Shown here piece after piece: positions 1-11,789 of a DNA stretch of 64,000 nucleotides. Each line of letters begins with the position of its first letter. Position 1 is the stretch's first letter. The position numbers and the translations under genes are program-made. This DNA comes from Mustelus asterias (Eukaryota): assembly GCF_964213995.1 (NCBI RefSeq), contig NW_027590469.1, positions 1-64,000 on the forward strand, written 5' to 3'. The notes under the pieces were generated by a model. The model was not told the DNA's origin. It was given only the letters and a program-made list of their open reading frames with translations, and searched no databases.

Positions 1-549
1 TGACAAATATAAGGAGAAACATTGTATTGTGTGAGAGTTTCTTCTCATCTCCAAACCCAAACTGTACAGTGATAGCCATCCGCACTGTAAATGCAATCAC
101 TTTGTTCATACCCCCTCATTTAGTTACAGAAATCGGTAAAAATTCTTCTGATAAATGATGCTTTATTATTGTGATGTGACAGAGACCCGGAATTGTTGCA
201 ACACAGACTGACGGTCTCTTTATTTTCCACAATTGTTATTTCATCATTTTTAGATTTGTGTTCTTCTTGGGGGCGTGGTAATAAAATCACCATATTTACA
301 ATGGAATCAGTTATTTTAAATAAAGAAATGATGAACTGCAATATCACCATCAGAAATAATGGAGACAATACAATGAACATATTCAGCCAAACAAATATCC
401 AGACACAGATAAAATGTCCATTTTAATATTAACCTATTGTAAATCTGGAAGTCCATTCTGTTGGGGTGTGGAAGGTGGGACCTGGATCCTGTCGCCGCCT
501 CCAGCAGGGAAACAACAGGCGGCGCCTGGAAAGCCGCCCCCTTCTGGCG

Positions 550-563
550 GGTATTTAAATACC
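550..563 (+). promoter_or_regulatory. TATA-like box of the IgH promoter inside the palindrome GGTATTTAAATACC
   Basis: TATTTAAA at 552-559, about 90 bp upstream of the leader ATG, in a GC-rich context. Confidence 0.55.
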
Positions 564-650
564 GCTCACTGGGACCGGCATCCAACAGTCCGGGAGTTGG
601 TTTGTTCACTGAGTTCCTGACACAACCATTTCCCCCAAATCACCAGAAGG

Positions 651-696
651 ATGAGGTCGGCGATTTCTCTCAGTTTGTTGCTGACTTTCTTATCCG
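651..696 (+). CDS. IGHV: IgM VH leader exon (MRSAISLSLLLTFLS-g)
   Basis: ATG at 651, hydrophobic signal peptide, phase-1 donor GTGAGT at 697, acceptor TTTTACAG ending at 828. Confidence 0.95.
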
Positions 697-828
697 GTGA
701 GTAGTTGTTTTTCATTGTCTAAGTCTCCCACAGTTACTGTCTCAGTTTTAGTCCATCTCTGTAATATTCCAGAGTCAAAAATCATTACACCAGGATTAAT
801 CCTCGGGTTTTTTGATCTCTTTTTACAG

Positions 829-1135
829 GTGTCCAGTCGGAGGTTGTGTTGACTCAGCCAGAGGCAGAGACCGGGCGTCAAGGAGGCTCCCTGAAACTGA
901 CCTGTAAAACCAGCGGCTTCGATCTTAGCAGCTATAGCATGTACTGGATCCGACAGGTTCCAGGACAGGGGTTGGAGTGGCTGGTTTCCTACTATAGTTC
1001 ATCCAGCAACAGCTACGCCCCAGCAATTAAGGATCGATTTAGTGCGTCTAAAGACACTTCAACCAAAATCTTCTCTTTGGACATGACAAGGCTGAAGACC
1101 GAAGACACCGCCATCTATTACTGTGCAAGTGGGAT
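829..1135 (+). CDS. IGHV: IgM VH exon, probably germline-joined to D1 ([16 protein letters not shown]...[29 protein letters not shown]...[11 protein letters not shown])
   Basis: Open frame with canonical Cys, Trp (WIRQ) and YYC; elasmobranch VH motifs ([17 protein letters not shown]). Confidence 0.95.
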
Positions 1136-1173
1136 CACAGTGCTGAGCACAGCGACATCCTCATACAAAAACC
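1136..1173 (+). other. RSS 3' of V(D1): CACAGTG, 22-bp spacer, ACAAAAACC
   Basis: Consensus heptamer 1136-1142 and consensus nonamer 1165-1173. Confidence 0.95.
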
Positions 1174-1473
1174 TCATGGAAAGACATTGCTCAAATTGGT
1201 GATCAGTACCACAGCAGGAGTTTCAAAGTAAACGAGGCTTCAGTGAAATAATGTGTGGAAGTAATATTAGTTTGTGAAAAGGTATAAAAATCTTCCCATA
1301 AAATCTATATTTACCGATATGCTAAATCTACACAGAGAGTTTAAAAGCATTCCGATCCCCTTTATAAATACAATGACCAGGACAAGCTGAAATATCTCAC
1401 TCATTCGCTCGTGGATGAGGCAGAATCAGATTTTTGAGACAGCAGTGAAATTAAACAGTTAGCAGTCGGGCAC

Positions 1474-1542
1474 AGTATTTGTCATGCTGTGTCTCACTGT
1501 GATAACTGGGGTGGCACAGCAGTTACTGTCAATACAAAAACC
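1474..1542 (+). other. IGHD: DH segment ATAACTGGGGTGG (1502-1514) flanked by 12/12 RSSs (D2 type)
   Basis: 5' AGTATTTGT-12-CACTGTG (1474-1501); 3' CACAGCA-12-ACAAAAACC (1515-1542). Confidence 0.93.
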
Positions 1543-1869
1543 CCTCAGCACTAATTGACCGAGACTGGGGCAGTGCTCTGTTTTCCAATCCAGCATTGTT
1601 TACAGTGCTGTATTATTTATGTCCCAGCACTACACAAATAGCGAGAATTAATATGGAAAATGTATGATAACTATTTGATTATCAGTTGGTGTTTTCAGTA
1701 ACTTGATCATGTGATCCTCTATGAAATATAAAACATTAAGGTTATTTACGAAGAGCGAACGGTATCCACCAGTGCAATAATAATTTCATGAACATGCAGT
1801 GATTTGCTTTCCCTCTGGCTTGTGAATTTTTAAAATACTGATGGATTTCTGTCTATTTTGTGCAGAGAT

Positions 1870-1908
1870 GGTTATTGTATGACCCAGCCGAGAGAATGTG
1901 ACACTGTG
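1870..1908 (+). other. JH 5' RSS: GGTTATTGT, 23-bp spacer, CACTGTG
   Basis: Nonamer 1870-1878 and heptamer 1902-1908. Confidence 0.93.
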
Positions 1909-1956
1909 ACGCCATGGGCTACTGGGGACAAGGGACCATGGTGACGGTGACTGCAG
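1909..1956 (+). CDS. IGHJ: JH segment (AMGYWGQGTMVTVTA)
   Basis: WGxG motif; phase-1 donor GTAAG at 1957. Confidence 0.96.
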
Positions 1957-2260
1957 GTAAGAACCATGCATTTATTTAGTCAGTGTTTTATTTGAGTTTT
2001 TGTTTTATACTTTTTCTCGATTTTATTAATTCATTCGTTCAATGTAATGTGGTTTGGTGGATTCTGTGCTGAAAATCTTTACAATGTTTCATGTGATCCT
2101 GCTTAAAATGGGGGTTATAGAATTCTACTGTTAATTGACAAAAGGCGATACTGAGTGATTCAGTCTCTTGTTGTGATTTGGTGTTTATCTGCTGAGGACA
2201 TTGTGTGGCTGGGTTACTTTAAATGCATTCCTTTTGTTAAACAGTTCGGCGTTTCTTCAA

Positions 2261-4080
2261 TGTTTAATCTCGGTGACATCTAGTGGCTGCGAGTTGCACC
2301 ATCTACTGCACAAGTGTTTGAAATCTAACCCAATATTAACAAAATGTGTTAAAGTTTCTACTTTAATGTTGCGAACATGTTCCGCTTAATCACAATCTGG
2401 TTTTGTTATCTCATTGTTGTGCTTATTTTAATTATTAGTTGCTTTGGTGATGGTCAGATTGGCTGGATTTTAAATTGAGATTTTCTGCCAATGTGAAATT
2501 TGATTCTGTTGCAACTGTTTGTAGAATTGAGCTGCTTCTGCATGAACCGGGGTTCAGTCCCTCAGTGCTGCGTGTTTGCGGTGAGGAGGTTGTCTGTCTG
2601 GGTGACTTTGAATAAGTAAAATTTGTGAAATGGTTCGGAGATTCTGCACTGTTTACACTCGGTGACACTGAGCTGTTCCACACTTTGTGATTGAATACAA
2701 ACAGTCTGCGGATTTAAAACTACTTGACGTGTGCCTGCAGACAGAAATCAGGCAGGCTTTATTGTATTTGTATTTTTTTAAATCGTAGCTGATAATTGCA
2801 GGTTAAACCAAACCATGGTTTATGCCACTCGTCCAAAACATAGTTTGCCACTGCATTCATAATTTGGGATACATGCCATGTTTAACCTCGGTGGCATCTG
2901 ACGGCTGCAGCTTTTACCCACCCAATATTTAAATATGTTTGAAATCTGTTTGAAATATGACCCAATGTGAATAGAATGTGGTAAAATTTCAACGTTAATT
3001 TGTTGGACATATTCCACCTCCTCGCAATGCTATTGCTCTTATTCCAAATTTCTGTTTAGTTCAAACATTCATATATTTGGTGATGAGCTGGTTTGCCGGA
3101 TTGAATATTGAGAGTTCCTTGCAATCATATTTTTGATTTTGTTGAATGGATAATTGAGTTGCGTTCCCGTGAAACGGATTCATTCCCTCATTGATGTGTT
3201 TTGGTGTGTTTCTGTTGAGGAGGTTCTGTTGTTGGGTCACTAAGAATGTTTAAAATGTGTGAAAGGTTTTGGTGTTTCTGCATTGTTTAAACTCGGTGGC
3301 ACTGAGCGGTTACACGTTTTCTGGTTAAATGCAAATAATCTATGAGTTTGAAAATCCTTGTAGGGAGAAAATAAGCAGGTTGTGAAAGAAATAAAATAAA
3401 GGTATTACAGCATTTTTATAAATTTTAAACTCTTAGAAATTAAAATAAATCATGTCTTACAACGTTCAATCGGACACTGAGTAGTTGCTGCAAAAACAAA
3501 CTTCTCGTTAACAAGTTTGATAGTAAAATTAATATAAATCAAACTGTTATTAATCGGTAACATAACTACATATTCACAAAAGATTATTTTCTATTAATAT
3601 CATTTCGCATTAATCGGCTTTAATAGTTCTGCTGTGCTTTGCATACAATTAACATGACCAAAAAAGTTTCTCGGCTGGAAATATTTTGTGATAATTCCAG
3701 AAACTATTTCAATGGTAACATGCTGTTTCCACAGCAGCGCTCAGTTCAACAAGATACTTTGCATTAATTGTTATATCCCCGATGAAGTTCGCATTCACTT
3801 AAATATGAGTTTTGGAGAATAATTGGCAATAAAACGCTATTTGGCAATTTTTGTGCCCGATTATTACATTGTTTCTGTGCAGGCGCAGCATTCCTTCCAA
3901 GTAATTTGTAGTTGGATGCAGAGGTAATTAATCACTAATCTCATCTCAAAATTTGTGAAATGGTTTGGTGTTTCTCAATTGTTTCTGTATTGTTTCAACT
4001 CGGTGATCCTGAGCGGTTACACTTTTTCTCGCTAAATGAAAAAAACAAACTGCGTTTAAACATCCTTGTCAGGACAAAAC
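2261..4080 (+). repeat. Dispersed motif TGTTTAAACTCGGTGRCAYCTG (5 copies) in the J-proximal intron; candidate enhancer region
   Basis: Copies start at 2261, 2650, 2879, 3284 and 3991; octamer ATGCAAAT at 3329-3336. Confidence 0.6.
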
Positions 4081-6194
4081 AAACTGGTATCGGAAAAAAT
4101 AAAATAAATATATATTTGAGCGTTTTATTCATGTTAACTGATGCTTGCAGATTAAAGTAAATCATGAATTACAATTCTTACTGCGTCACTGTATCTCTGT
4201 TAGGGACATTACACTACCCTGGATCGGTTATATCTGATGTGCTCATTTTCAGAAAAAAGTATATTTTTTGCCTAGTTTTCGAGATTTGAGATAGACAGGG
4301 AGAAATAGTTAAAAGTCGAAGGGAATTTTGAAATGAATATCAGTTTAATTTAAAAGAAGTTATTGATTTTTGTTGTTGTAGTTTGAAAATTGATCAATTA
4401 GAATCCCACAGCTTAAATAAATTTGACAGAGTGAACACAGTTTTCTGACAGGTGGAATTCGCTAACACTAAACAATTGTTCATATAGCGGTGTTTGAATT
4501 GCCGTAAGGTGTCAACAGAAACTGGCTAGAGATTTACAATTTAATACTTGAAATTCAAATAATTAATTTTTTATAATATTATAATATTTTTATATTAATA
4601 TTTGCTCTGCATTTAATAATAACATCCTGTCTCCCATTACTGCTGAACATAGAATAGAATTATTGGATGAATAAATGACAGAATAGAAGAATTGATTCTA
4701 TTTGAGCATTATGTTTAATTAGTATTAAATATTATACTGAAGAAAAAGTCTCGACTTATTTTGTGCATCATGTTTCAGTGTTGCAGAGGATTTGAATCAA
4801 TTGTCCTCATTGCGTTTTTCATTGTTTAATTCAGAACTTCTTAATTTAAACAATATGTTCAGTAATTAAATTATATGGATGGTCCAAATTATTAAATCTA
4901 GGAAGCAGCTTCGTTGACCTCAAACTGCCAGGCCGTTACAGTATATACAAATTCAGAAACATGCATTCTTAACACGTTTGCAGGTTATAATAAGGCATTT
5001 GGAGTAAAAGTGGAAATGAAAAAACATGACAATGTTATTCGATTGAAGCAAATGAATTACAGATGTCTGAATCTTTCCATTCAGTAATTTGAAGTATATT
5101 GTTTAAGATTTAATTGGAACCTAATTACTTCACAATGTTGGAGGCAGGGAAAATTTTGAATGATTGAAAACTGATTTTATTATGGAGTACAAATCAGCTA
5201 ACAGGAAAAGTAACCGGCAATTAACAAAACAAAATATAATTTTGGTGCTAATTAATTCAAAACAAAATACCTTGAATAATGCACGGGCGTGCAAAGTATC
5301 ATCCGTTTTAGAGAACATTTAATTGTATCGAAAATGAATTCAGAGACAAAACCTTTCTTTCATCAGCTATGCTTAGCTCGGTAAGGTGTTTTACCTTGAA
5401 TATTTTGTTGATTACATTTAATTGAGAAATTAGATCGAATCAGGTAATGATTTTCAATGTAAATGTTTCTTGGTTTATTTTAATCCTTACTGTGTCACTG
5501 TATCTCTGTTAGGGACATTGAACTGTCCTGATTCTGTTATTTTTGATGCCTCATTTTCAGCGCAACTCCATTTTTACATAGTTTTCGAGAAGTGAGACAG
5601 ACAGAGAGACATAATTAAAAATCGACAGGAGTTTTGAAATGAATTTCAGTTTTATTCAAAAGAGGTTACTGATTTTCTGTTGTAAATTGATAATTGATCA
5701 ATTAGATTCAAACAGTTTGAATTAAATTGACAGATTGATCATACCTACCTGCTGGGAAATCGATTGTTGCACCGTTTGTGTCTGTTCTGTTTCTGCGCGC
5801 GTGGTCACCGTGTTGGGGCCAGGAAACTGCCTGACTGGCTATAAATCTTCTGGTTCATTCTCCTGTATTTCAGGGAGTTAAATTTGATTTATTTCTTCAT
5901 ACACTTGTATCTGTGAGAAATGTGATAGTTTGACTTGATGTTTGGCTCGGCGTCTCAGAAATGAGATCCCGAAAGCATATTGTGACCATCAGAGAGAGCA
6001 GAAACGTCAGATTGTAGAGGGAGATTTGGATGATTTTTAACTAGTGATGTACCGGCCTTGGGAATGTTCGATGAGCAAATGCAAAGTGAGATTTACTATA
6101 TTGTGCTCCGTAGTAAAGCAGTCCCTGATCTGTTTAGTATGACAGTTGAAGGGTCAAATTCATTTGCATTTTATTTTTAATCTTCTCAAGGCAT

Positions 6195-6700
6195 TTTAGA
6201 GTCATTTGCTCGGCCAAAATTTTTAATCATCAATAATTGTTCCTTGAGAAAGTGTTGATATGAAGCATCCTTGAATAACTGCAATCCATATGCTGCAGGC
6301 ATCCGCCGTGCTGTTAGGCGGAAGTTCCAGGATTTTGACCCAGAAGGAACTGAGGTATTGTTTCAAGTCAGGATGGTGTGTGTCTTGGAGGGGAGCTTGT
6401 AGGTGGTAGTGTTCATATGTGGCTGCTGCCCTTATCCTGTTAGGATATAAAGGCAACGGGTTTGGACAGTGTTTACTATGGAGCCTTGGTGAGTTGCTGC
6501 AGTGCATCTTGTATATAATACACACTGCTGTCACTGCTTGTTAGTGATGGAGAGAGCGAATAGGGTGAATGAGGGGGCGGATAATCTTGTGGGTGGCTTT
6601 GCCCTGGATTGTGTCAAATCTCTTGAGTTTTTACAGGTTTCCCTCATTGAGGAAAGAGGAAATTATTCAATTGCGACAGATTGCGAAAGATTTAAATGTT
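6195..6700 (-). mobile_element. LINE (CR1/L2-clade) 3' fragment
   Basis: Degenerate minus-strand reading resembling elasmobranch LINE C-terminal/3' sequence. Confidence 0.55.
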
Positions 6701-6819
6701 TTTCCAACCCTTGGCCCGCGCTCCGTATTGTGCTCACTTGTCACTCCCACTTACTGTGTGAATGGGTGAGTATGTGTGGAGTGAGTGCGCTTTTCCAGAC
6801 TGAATCAGCCAAATAGAGA

Positions 6820-7834
6820 CTTATACACATCACACACTCTCACACACATAAATACTCTCATATTCTCTCACACATACTCACACTTACTTTCTCTCTCATA
6901 CGGTCTCTCTTACACACCCATACACATTCTCTCTCTCACGTTACACATACACTCTCTCAATACAAATACATACATCGTCTCGCTCTATCCATCAATCTCT
7001 CACATCCCCATACACAAAAGCGCTCACATCCCCACACACCCACCCATTCTCTCTTACACACAGACACACACTCTCACATAAGCACAGTCTCACACTCTCG
7101 CACACGCTCTCTCTCATGGACTCTCTCTCTTCCACTCTGTCACACACGCTCAAGCTGTCTCACATTTCTTCACACGCTCTCTCACAATTCCTCTTGCACA
7201 CGCATCTCTCTCTCTCTCACACACACACGCACATATTTCTTTTTCTCTTGCGCACACTATCTCACACCTCTACATTCTTGCTCTCACACACTGGCTTTCT
7301 CACAATCACTCTCTCACAAACATAGAACATGCACACACTCTAACACACACTCTTACACACAGACACGGTCTCTCACATAAGCACAGTCTCGCGCACACAT
7401 TCGCTCTCTCACACACACACATGCACTATCCCTCTCACATTCCCTCTTCCGTACACTCTCACTTCGTCTCACACACATTCCGATGCTCTCTCTCACTCAT
7501 ACGAACACTTGCACATGTATTCTCTCACACAGGCACATATTTCTCTCTCTTTCACACGCTCACTCCGTTACACATTGTCTCACACACGCACAATCTTGCT
7601 CTCAAACACTGTCTCTCACAAACACCCTCTCTTTCACACGCACACAATCTCGCACACAGTCTCTCCTTCTCTTACACACGAACACACATGTATATACAAT
7701 GTATCTCTCTTTAAACACTCCACCTACCACAGACACATGTTCTCTCAACAGTCATTTCACTCACACACACTCACGCATCCACTCTGTCTAAGTTTCACAC
7801 TTTTTCTCGCTCACACACACTCTCACCGCCCCTC

Positions 7835-7865
<31 letters not shown>

Positions 7866-8355
7866 CCCACATTGCTTCTATCTCCCACACACATTGTACA
7901 CATCTTTCTCACTCACACGCCATCCCATGCACAGTTTCACACACTGAAGAACATATTATTTTGCTTTCCAATAGGCACTCCCTCTCACACACACTGTCTT
8001 TCACATGAACACAACACTCTCCCACACACATAACCTCCCTCTCAGGCACACACACTCTCTTTCACAGACATCGTGTATCTCAAATAGACACACTCCCTTT
8101 CGCATCAACATACACACAATCACACACAGAAGTACTCTTTCACACAGACTCCCCACACACACACTCTCCCCGCCCCTCCACACATATACATTTTCAAGAA
8201 GGGACACACTCTCACACACAAAAAATAATTCTTCAAGCACACATTCTGTCTCTCACACACACATTATCTCACACAACCTTTCTCTCACACACTCTCCCCT
8301 CTTGCACGCACAGCCCACTGTCTCACACACGTGCAAATGCATTCTATCATACACA
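6820..8355. repeat. CA/CT-rich low-complexity tract
   Basis: Degenerate (CA)n/(CT)n; accounts for the His/Thr/Ser-rich spurious ORFs. Confidence 0.95.
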
Positions 8356-8560
8356 NNNNNNNNNNNNNNNNNNNNNNNNNNNNNNNNNNNNNNNNNNNNN
8401 NNNNNNNNNNNNNNNNNNNNNNNNNNNNNNNNNNNNNNNNNNNNNNNNNNNNNNNNNNNNNNNNNNNNNNNNNNNNNNNNNNNNNNNNNNNNNNNNNNNN
8501 NNNNNNNNNNNNNNNNNNNNNNNNNNNNNNNNNNNNNNNNNNNNNNNNNNNNNNNNNNNN
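8356..8560. other. Assembly gap (205 N)
   Basis: Run of N. Confidence 1.
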
Positions 8561-8592
8561 CTATCCTTGACACCATAGAGTAAAATCATAGG

Positions 8593-8889
8593 ATGCTACA
8601 GTGCAGAAGGAAGCCATTCAGCCCATCGAGTCTGCACCAATAGCAATCCCACCAAAGCCCTATCCCCATAACCACATGTATTTACCCTAACTAGTCCCCC
8701 TGACACTAAGGGGCAATTTAGCACGGCCAATCCAACGAACCCACACATCTTTGGACTGTGGAAGGAAACAGGAGCACCCGAAGGAAACCCAAACAGACAC
8801 GGGGGGAACTTGCAAACTCCACACAGACAGTGACCCAAGTCGGGAATCCAACTCTGAGGCAGCAGGGCTAATTACTGTGCCACCATGCC
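8593..8889 (-). mobile_element. tRNA-derived V-SINE (HE1-like)
   Basis: Reverse strand has the GGCACAGT head, the V-domain GTCTGTGTGGAGTTTGCA...CACAGTCCAAAGATGTG and a CR1-like tail. Confidence 0.85.
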
Positions 8890-9764
8890 ACCCCCCCCCC
8901 CACCCGACCCCACCCCCCACCCCCCACCACCCCCCCCCACCCCGGTAGCATTTGAATGAGGGTGGGATCAAGGGGCCCGAGCAAAACTCAAGTGAATAAG
9001 AATCGGCGGGAAATTCTTCTCTGTTTGGAGTCATACTTAGCACAAAGCAACATGGTATTGGTGGTTGGAGGTCAAACATCTAAGTTCAGATTTCACTGCA
9101 GGATTTCGGCAAGGGAGTGTTCTGGGACTAACAATCTTCTACTGCTTCAACAGTGACATTCCATCCAACATGAGGTCAGAAGTAGGAATTTCCATGTGTT
9201 AAACCGGACACAAACACCCAAAAAATAAGAAGGGAATTGGCTGAGACCAAGGCCGCCTGGCTCCCCAATACTGGTGTAAACTTGGTGTTTGATTCCTGTG
9301 CGACCCATCCTAGTTTTGCTGTCAGCTTCCCTACAGCTCCCTCAGCCTGACTATTTGTTCAATGGTACGTGTTTCTTAAAGAAAGACATCGACATTAAAG
9401 CAGCTGCCCGGTGATTTACACATCCCTGTTACTGAAAGCTGATCAATGTGGAGAATCGGGAAAAGATCGATGGAGAGGAAGAGGTGGAGGTGGCCCACTG
9501 ACTCTCTCACCCTCACCCACACTTACTCACTCACCCTCAATGTTTCATCCGCACTCAAAGAACTTGAATCACTCACCCTCACTTACCTACCTTCCCTCGC
9601 TGACACACTCTCACTCATTCATCCCCACTCACAAATCCCAACTCACTCATCCCAACGAGAGAGAAGAAAGATTCCAAGCGGCAGTTTGGTGTTCAAATGT
9701 GGGAGCTGCCCTGCGAATGTGGAGAGCTGGGGGGAATCCCTGGGGGCTCAGGGCCAAGGACAAT

Positions 9765-10370
9765 GGCAAAGAGCCGAGGAGAACAGGAGGCGTGCTAAAG
9801 GGCAGAGAGCCGGGGGGGAAGGGCAGAGAGCCTGGGGAATGGGCCCACAGCCGGGCAACAGGGCTGAGAGCCGGGAAAGGGCAGAGAGTCAGGAGAAAGC
9901 GCAGAGAGCCAGAAGAAAGGGCAGAGAGCTAATAGAAAGGGCAGGGAGCCAGGTGAAAGGGCAGAGAACCAGGAGAAAGGGCAGAGAGACCAGGGAAAGA
10001 GGAGAGAGCCAGGATAAAGGGCAGGGAGGCCGGGGAAAGGACAGAGAGCCGAGGAAAAGGACAAGAGAGCCCAGAGGAAAGGGCAGAGAGTCAAGGGGAA
10101 AGGCAGAGAGTCAGGGGGAAAGGGCAGAGAGCCAGGGGAAAGGGGAAAGTGGATAGGGAGCAGGGACACCGGGCAAAGAGCCGGGGGAAAGGGTAGGGAG
10201 CTGAGGGAAAGGGCAGGGAGCCGGGGGAGAGGGGACAGAGCTGGAGGGAAGTGTAGAGAGCCAGGTGGAAGTGCGGAGAGCCGGGTGAAAGGGGAAAAGA
10301 GCCACAGGGAATAGCAGAGAGCCAGGGGAAAGTGCAGAGAGTCGGGGAAAATGGGCAGAGAGAGGGTGAT
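9765..10370 (+). repeat. G/purine-rich minisatellite, unit about 20 bp (AAAGGGCAGAGAGCCRGGRG), roughly 28-30 copies
   Basis: Tandem units visible directly; almost no T on the + strand. Confidence 0.9.
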
Positions 10371-11340
10371 CGACGGGCGGAGTGAGGATGTGCAAAATAG
10401 AGCGAGCACCACAACCAGATCATCTGTAATCTCAGTGAATAATGGAGGAGACTTCAGGGCCCGAATGGCCAACTCTTGCTATTAATGTCTGACCCTTCAA
10501 TTAGTCAATGTTGCAATTATTTGAATTTGTAATCACATTTAGAGTTTCCTGGTCATTCAGTAAGTATTCATTCCGAAGGTAGTTTTGAAGCAAAGTCACT
10601 AATCTTCGTTTTGTGGAGTGAGAGGCAGTGAGTTGGAGAGAGGAAGGGGCATCAGTTAGTTTGAACACAGGCAATAGCCAAAACTACAATGTGGATATGC
10701 CGACGTTAGGTTGGGCTGGGCACAGTAAGCAGTCTGACAACACCAGGTTGAACTCCAACAGGCTTATTTGGAATCGTGAGCTTTTGGAGCTCTTTCATCA
10801 GGTGAGTGGCTGGTATGAATGAAGAGACAACTTCTTCATCACAAAGTGCTGTTGTTTGAGAAATAGCTAGTGCCTGAAGTAATGGAGAAACTCTTTACAC
10901 TTTTCTGTTAATCTAATGAATGGTATGTCATTACAATGACATCAAAATGTTTTTGTCTTTCCAATCTGATAGAGGTCGAGACATTGATGTGAGTTTCTAC
11001 AAAGATGGCGATTCTCAAATGATAGGAGTAACAGAAGCTGAAAGGTGTATGTAGGTCTTAATCGGGAAATATTAAGTTAAGTTCATAATTCTAGACAAAT
11101 CGTGATGTAGAAACATAGAAAATAGAAGCAGGAGTAGACCATTCGGCCCTTTGACCCTGCTCTACCATTCACTTTGATCACAGCTCATCAATATGCTGAC
11201 CCCGTCTACTACCCATATCCATTGATCCCTTTAGCCCCAAGAGCTATACCTAATATAGAAACTTACTTGTATAAATATGTTTGATTAATTAATAAACGCA
11301 AGTAAGAGTCTAACTTGTTGAATCGACTATTCTTTCCCAG

Positions 11341-11640
11341 CGACACCGTCTTCGCCCACTCTCTACAGCCTCGTCTCTTCCTGTCAGCAACACAACTCCG
11401 CTGGCTCCATCACCTACGGCTGTTTGGCGATGGACTACTCTCCAGATGTCTCCAAACTGACCTGGAAGAAAAATGGGCAGCTGATCGCCACTGGATTTAA
11501 GACTTATCCATCAGTGAGAAACGCGAAGGGAACCTATACCCTGAGCAGCCAGTTAACCATCACCCAGTCAGAGGGAGAGTGCAGCAAAATCGACTGTGAG
11601 GTTCGACACAGCGACTCCGTCAAGAGCATTGGAATGCAAT
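11341..11640 (+). CDS. IGHM: IgM Cmu1 exon ([14 protein letters not shown]...[10 protein letters not shown]...TWKKNG...CEVRH...GMQ)
   Basis: Acceptor TTCCCAG at 11340, donor GTAAGT at 11641, phase 1/1, Ig C1-set Cys/Trp/Cys. Confidence 0.95.
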
Positions 11641-11789
11641 GTAAGTGTTGTGGAACTTGGGCAAGACAGGAACGCTCTGATTGAACTGTATAAGGCTTTA
11701 GTTATAACTGATATGTAGCATTCTGAAAAAAATTGAATTATTCAAAATCCAAGTAAGTGTCTACTGACTGAAAAGTTGTTCAGAACCAA

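Noticed and set aside
1174-1470. Possible separate D1 segment (CACAGCA near 1210, CACAGAG near 1331)
   Set aside because: No correctly spaced nonamer and no 5' CACTGTG RSS
6785-8589. His/Thr/Ser/Leu-rich ORFs
   Set aside because: Translations of CA/CT low-complexity DNA and the N gap
9411-10472. 173-236 aa Gly/Arg/Glu- or Pro/Leu-rich ORFs
   Set aside because: Products of the stop-poor 20-bp minisatellite; no domain or splice support
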